This document shows positions 63,291-64,000 of a stretch of 64,000 nt of DNA, in pieces. The first letter of the stretch is position 1. Each line of letters starts with the position of its first letter. Under the pieces are notes generated by a model. That model saw only the letters and a list, made by a program, of their open reading frames with translations. It had not been told where the DNA came from and did not search any database. Origin of the DNA: the human T2T-CHM13v2.0 reference genome, Homo sapiens. The position numbers and the translations under genes were made by a program. The stretch lies in NCBI RefSeq assembly GCF_009914755.1, contig NC_060926.1; one strand, given 5' to 3'.

Positions 63291-64000
63291 GAAAATTATT
63301 TCTTGCTGCTAAGAATAGATTTCAGATATAGGCTGTTAGCAAAGGCAATTTAATGCTGATTTGTTGGTAAGTTGACTTAGATATGTTGGTGAGTTGACAA
63401 TCCTCTCTCCACTTCTTTCCCAATAGGGGCAGTTTTAGTCATGTAGGGGTGATGCTGAACCTGGTCTGTGTAGAAGAAGCTTACTCTAGAATCTGATCCA
63501 GTGACACTAGTTAGATGCAAGAAAAACATAGGAGCAGAAAACATGAATGCCCTTGTATGCTTAGGCATGCTGCTGCCTGACTTTCAAGAAGGGAATACCT
63601 TGGAGTTTGTGAACTCAGTGAATTTATACCCTTCCTTTATTTTTCTCCAGAGGATTTAAGGAAGCTATCCAAAGTGTATACAACATAACCCCACATGATA
63701 AAAACAGGTAGCAGTCTTGGGCATGACAGCCAGTATGAAAGACTGGCCCACTTTTATAATCTCCCATGTGGGAACAGTGCTTTTACTGAACATGATTGCC
63801 TTTGTGATGTTTGCCTTGCAAGGTCGATGAATCTTGCTTTACAAACCTGGTTTGAGTCACATTTAATCATATTTATTTTTCCTACAAACACAAACTCCGA
63901 AGTTTAGTCTTAAGTATCATCTAAGTAATCTGGATTTTGAAACCCTGGTTCTATTATATAAGCAGTGATGAATGGAAAGAGTGATATTACACTTCCTTTT

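Overview
Primate (human-like) non-coding genomic DNA. I recognise no protein-coding gene, rRNA, tRNA or CRISPR array. The supplied ORFs are either pieces of L1, Alu or LTR sequence or chance ORFs. Roughly half the window (by-eye estimate) is interspersed repeats: about 11 Alu/FLAM elements (AluS and AluY types); L1PA, L1MA, L1MB, L1ME and HAL1 LINEs; L2 and MIR relics; ERV1, ERVL and MaLR solo LTRs (MER51, MSTA, MST, LTR33, MLT1, MLT2B, THE1C); and hAT DNA-transposon fossils (MER30, Zaphod/MER115, MER103, MER102). Most L1s are antisense to the + strand, which suggests a large intron of a + strand transcription unit. The most notable non-TE signal is a diverged ~185 bp nuclear copy of the mitochondrial control region (HVS-I/TAS NUMT) at ~43422-43606. 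Other points of interest: a six-element nested insertion stack containing an internally deleted, TSD-bounded L1MA and a tailless Alu; a sense THE1C LTR whose TSD places a GTGAGT splice donor at its 3' end; a well-formed 56-nt candidate exon; several nested hairpins; and perfect recent tandem duplications. I found no evidence of a new multi-gene system. Repeat subfamily names come from recalled consensus sequences, not a database search, and boundaries of old repeats are approximate.
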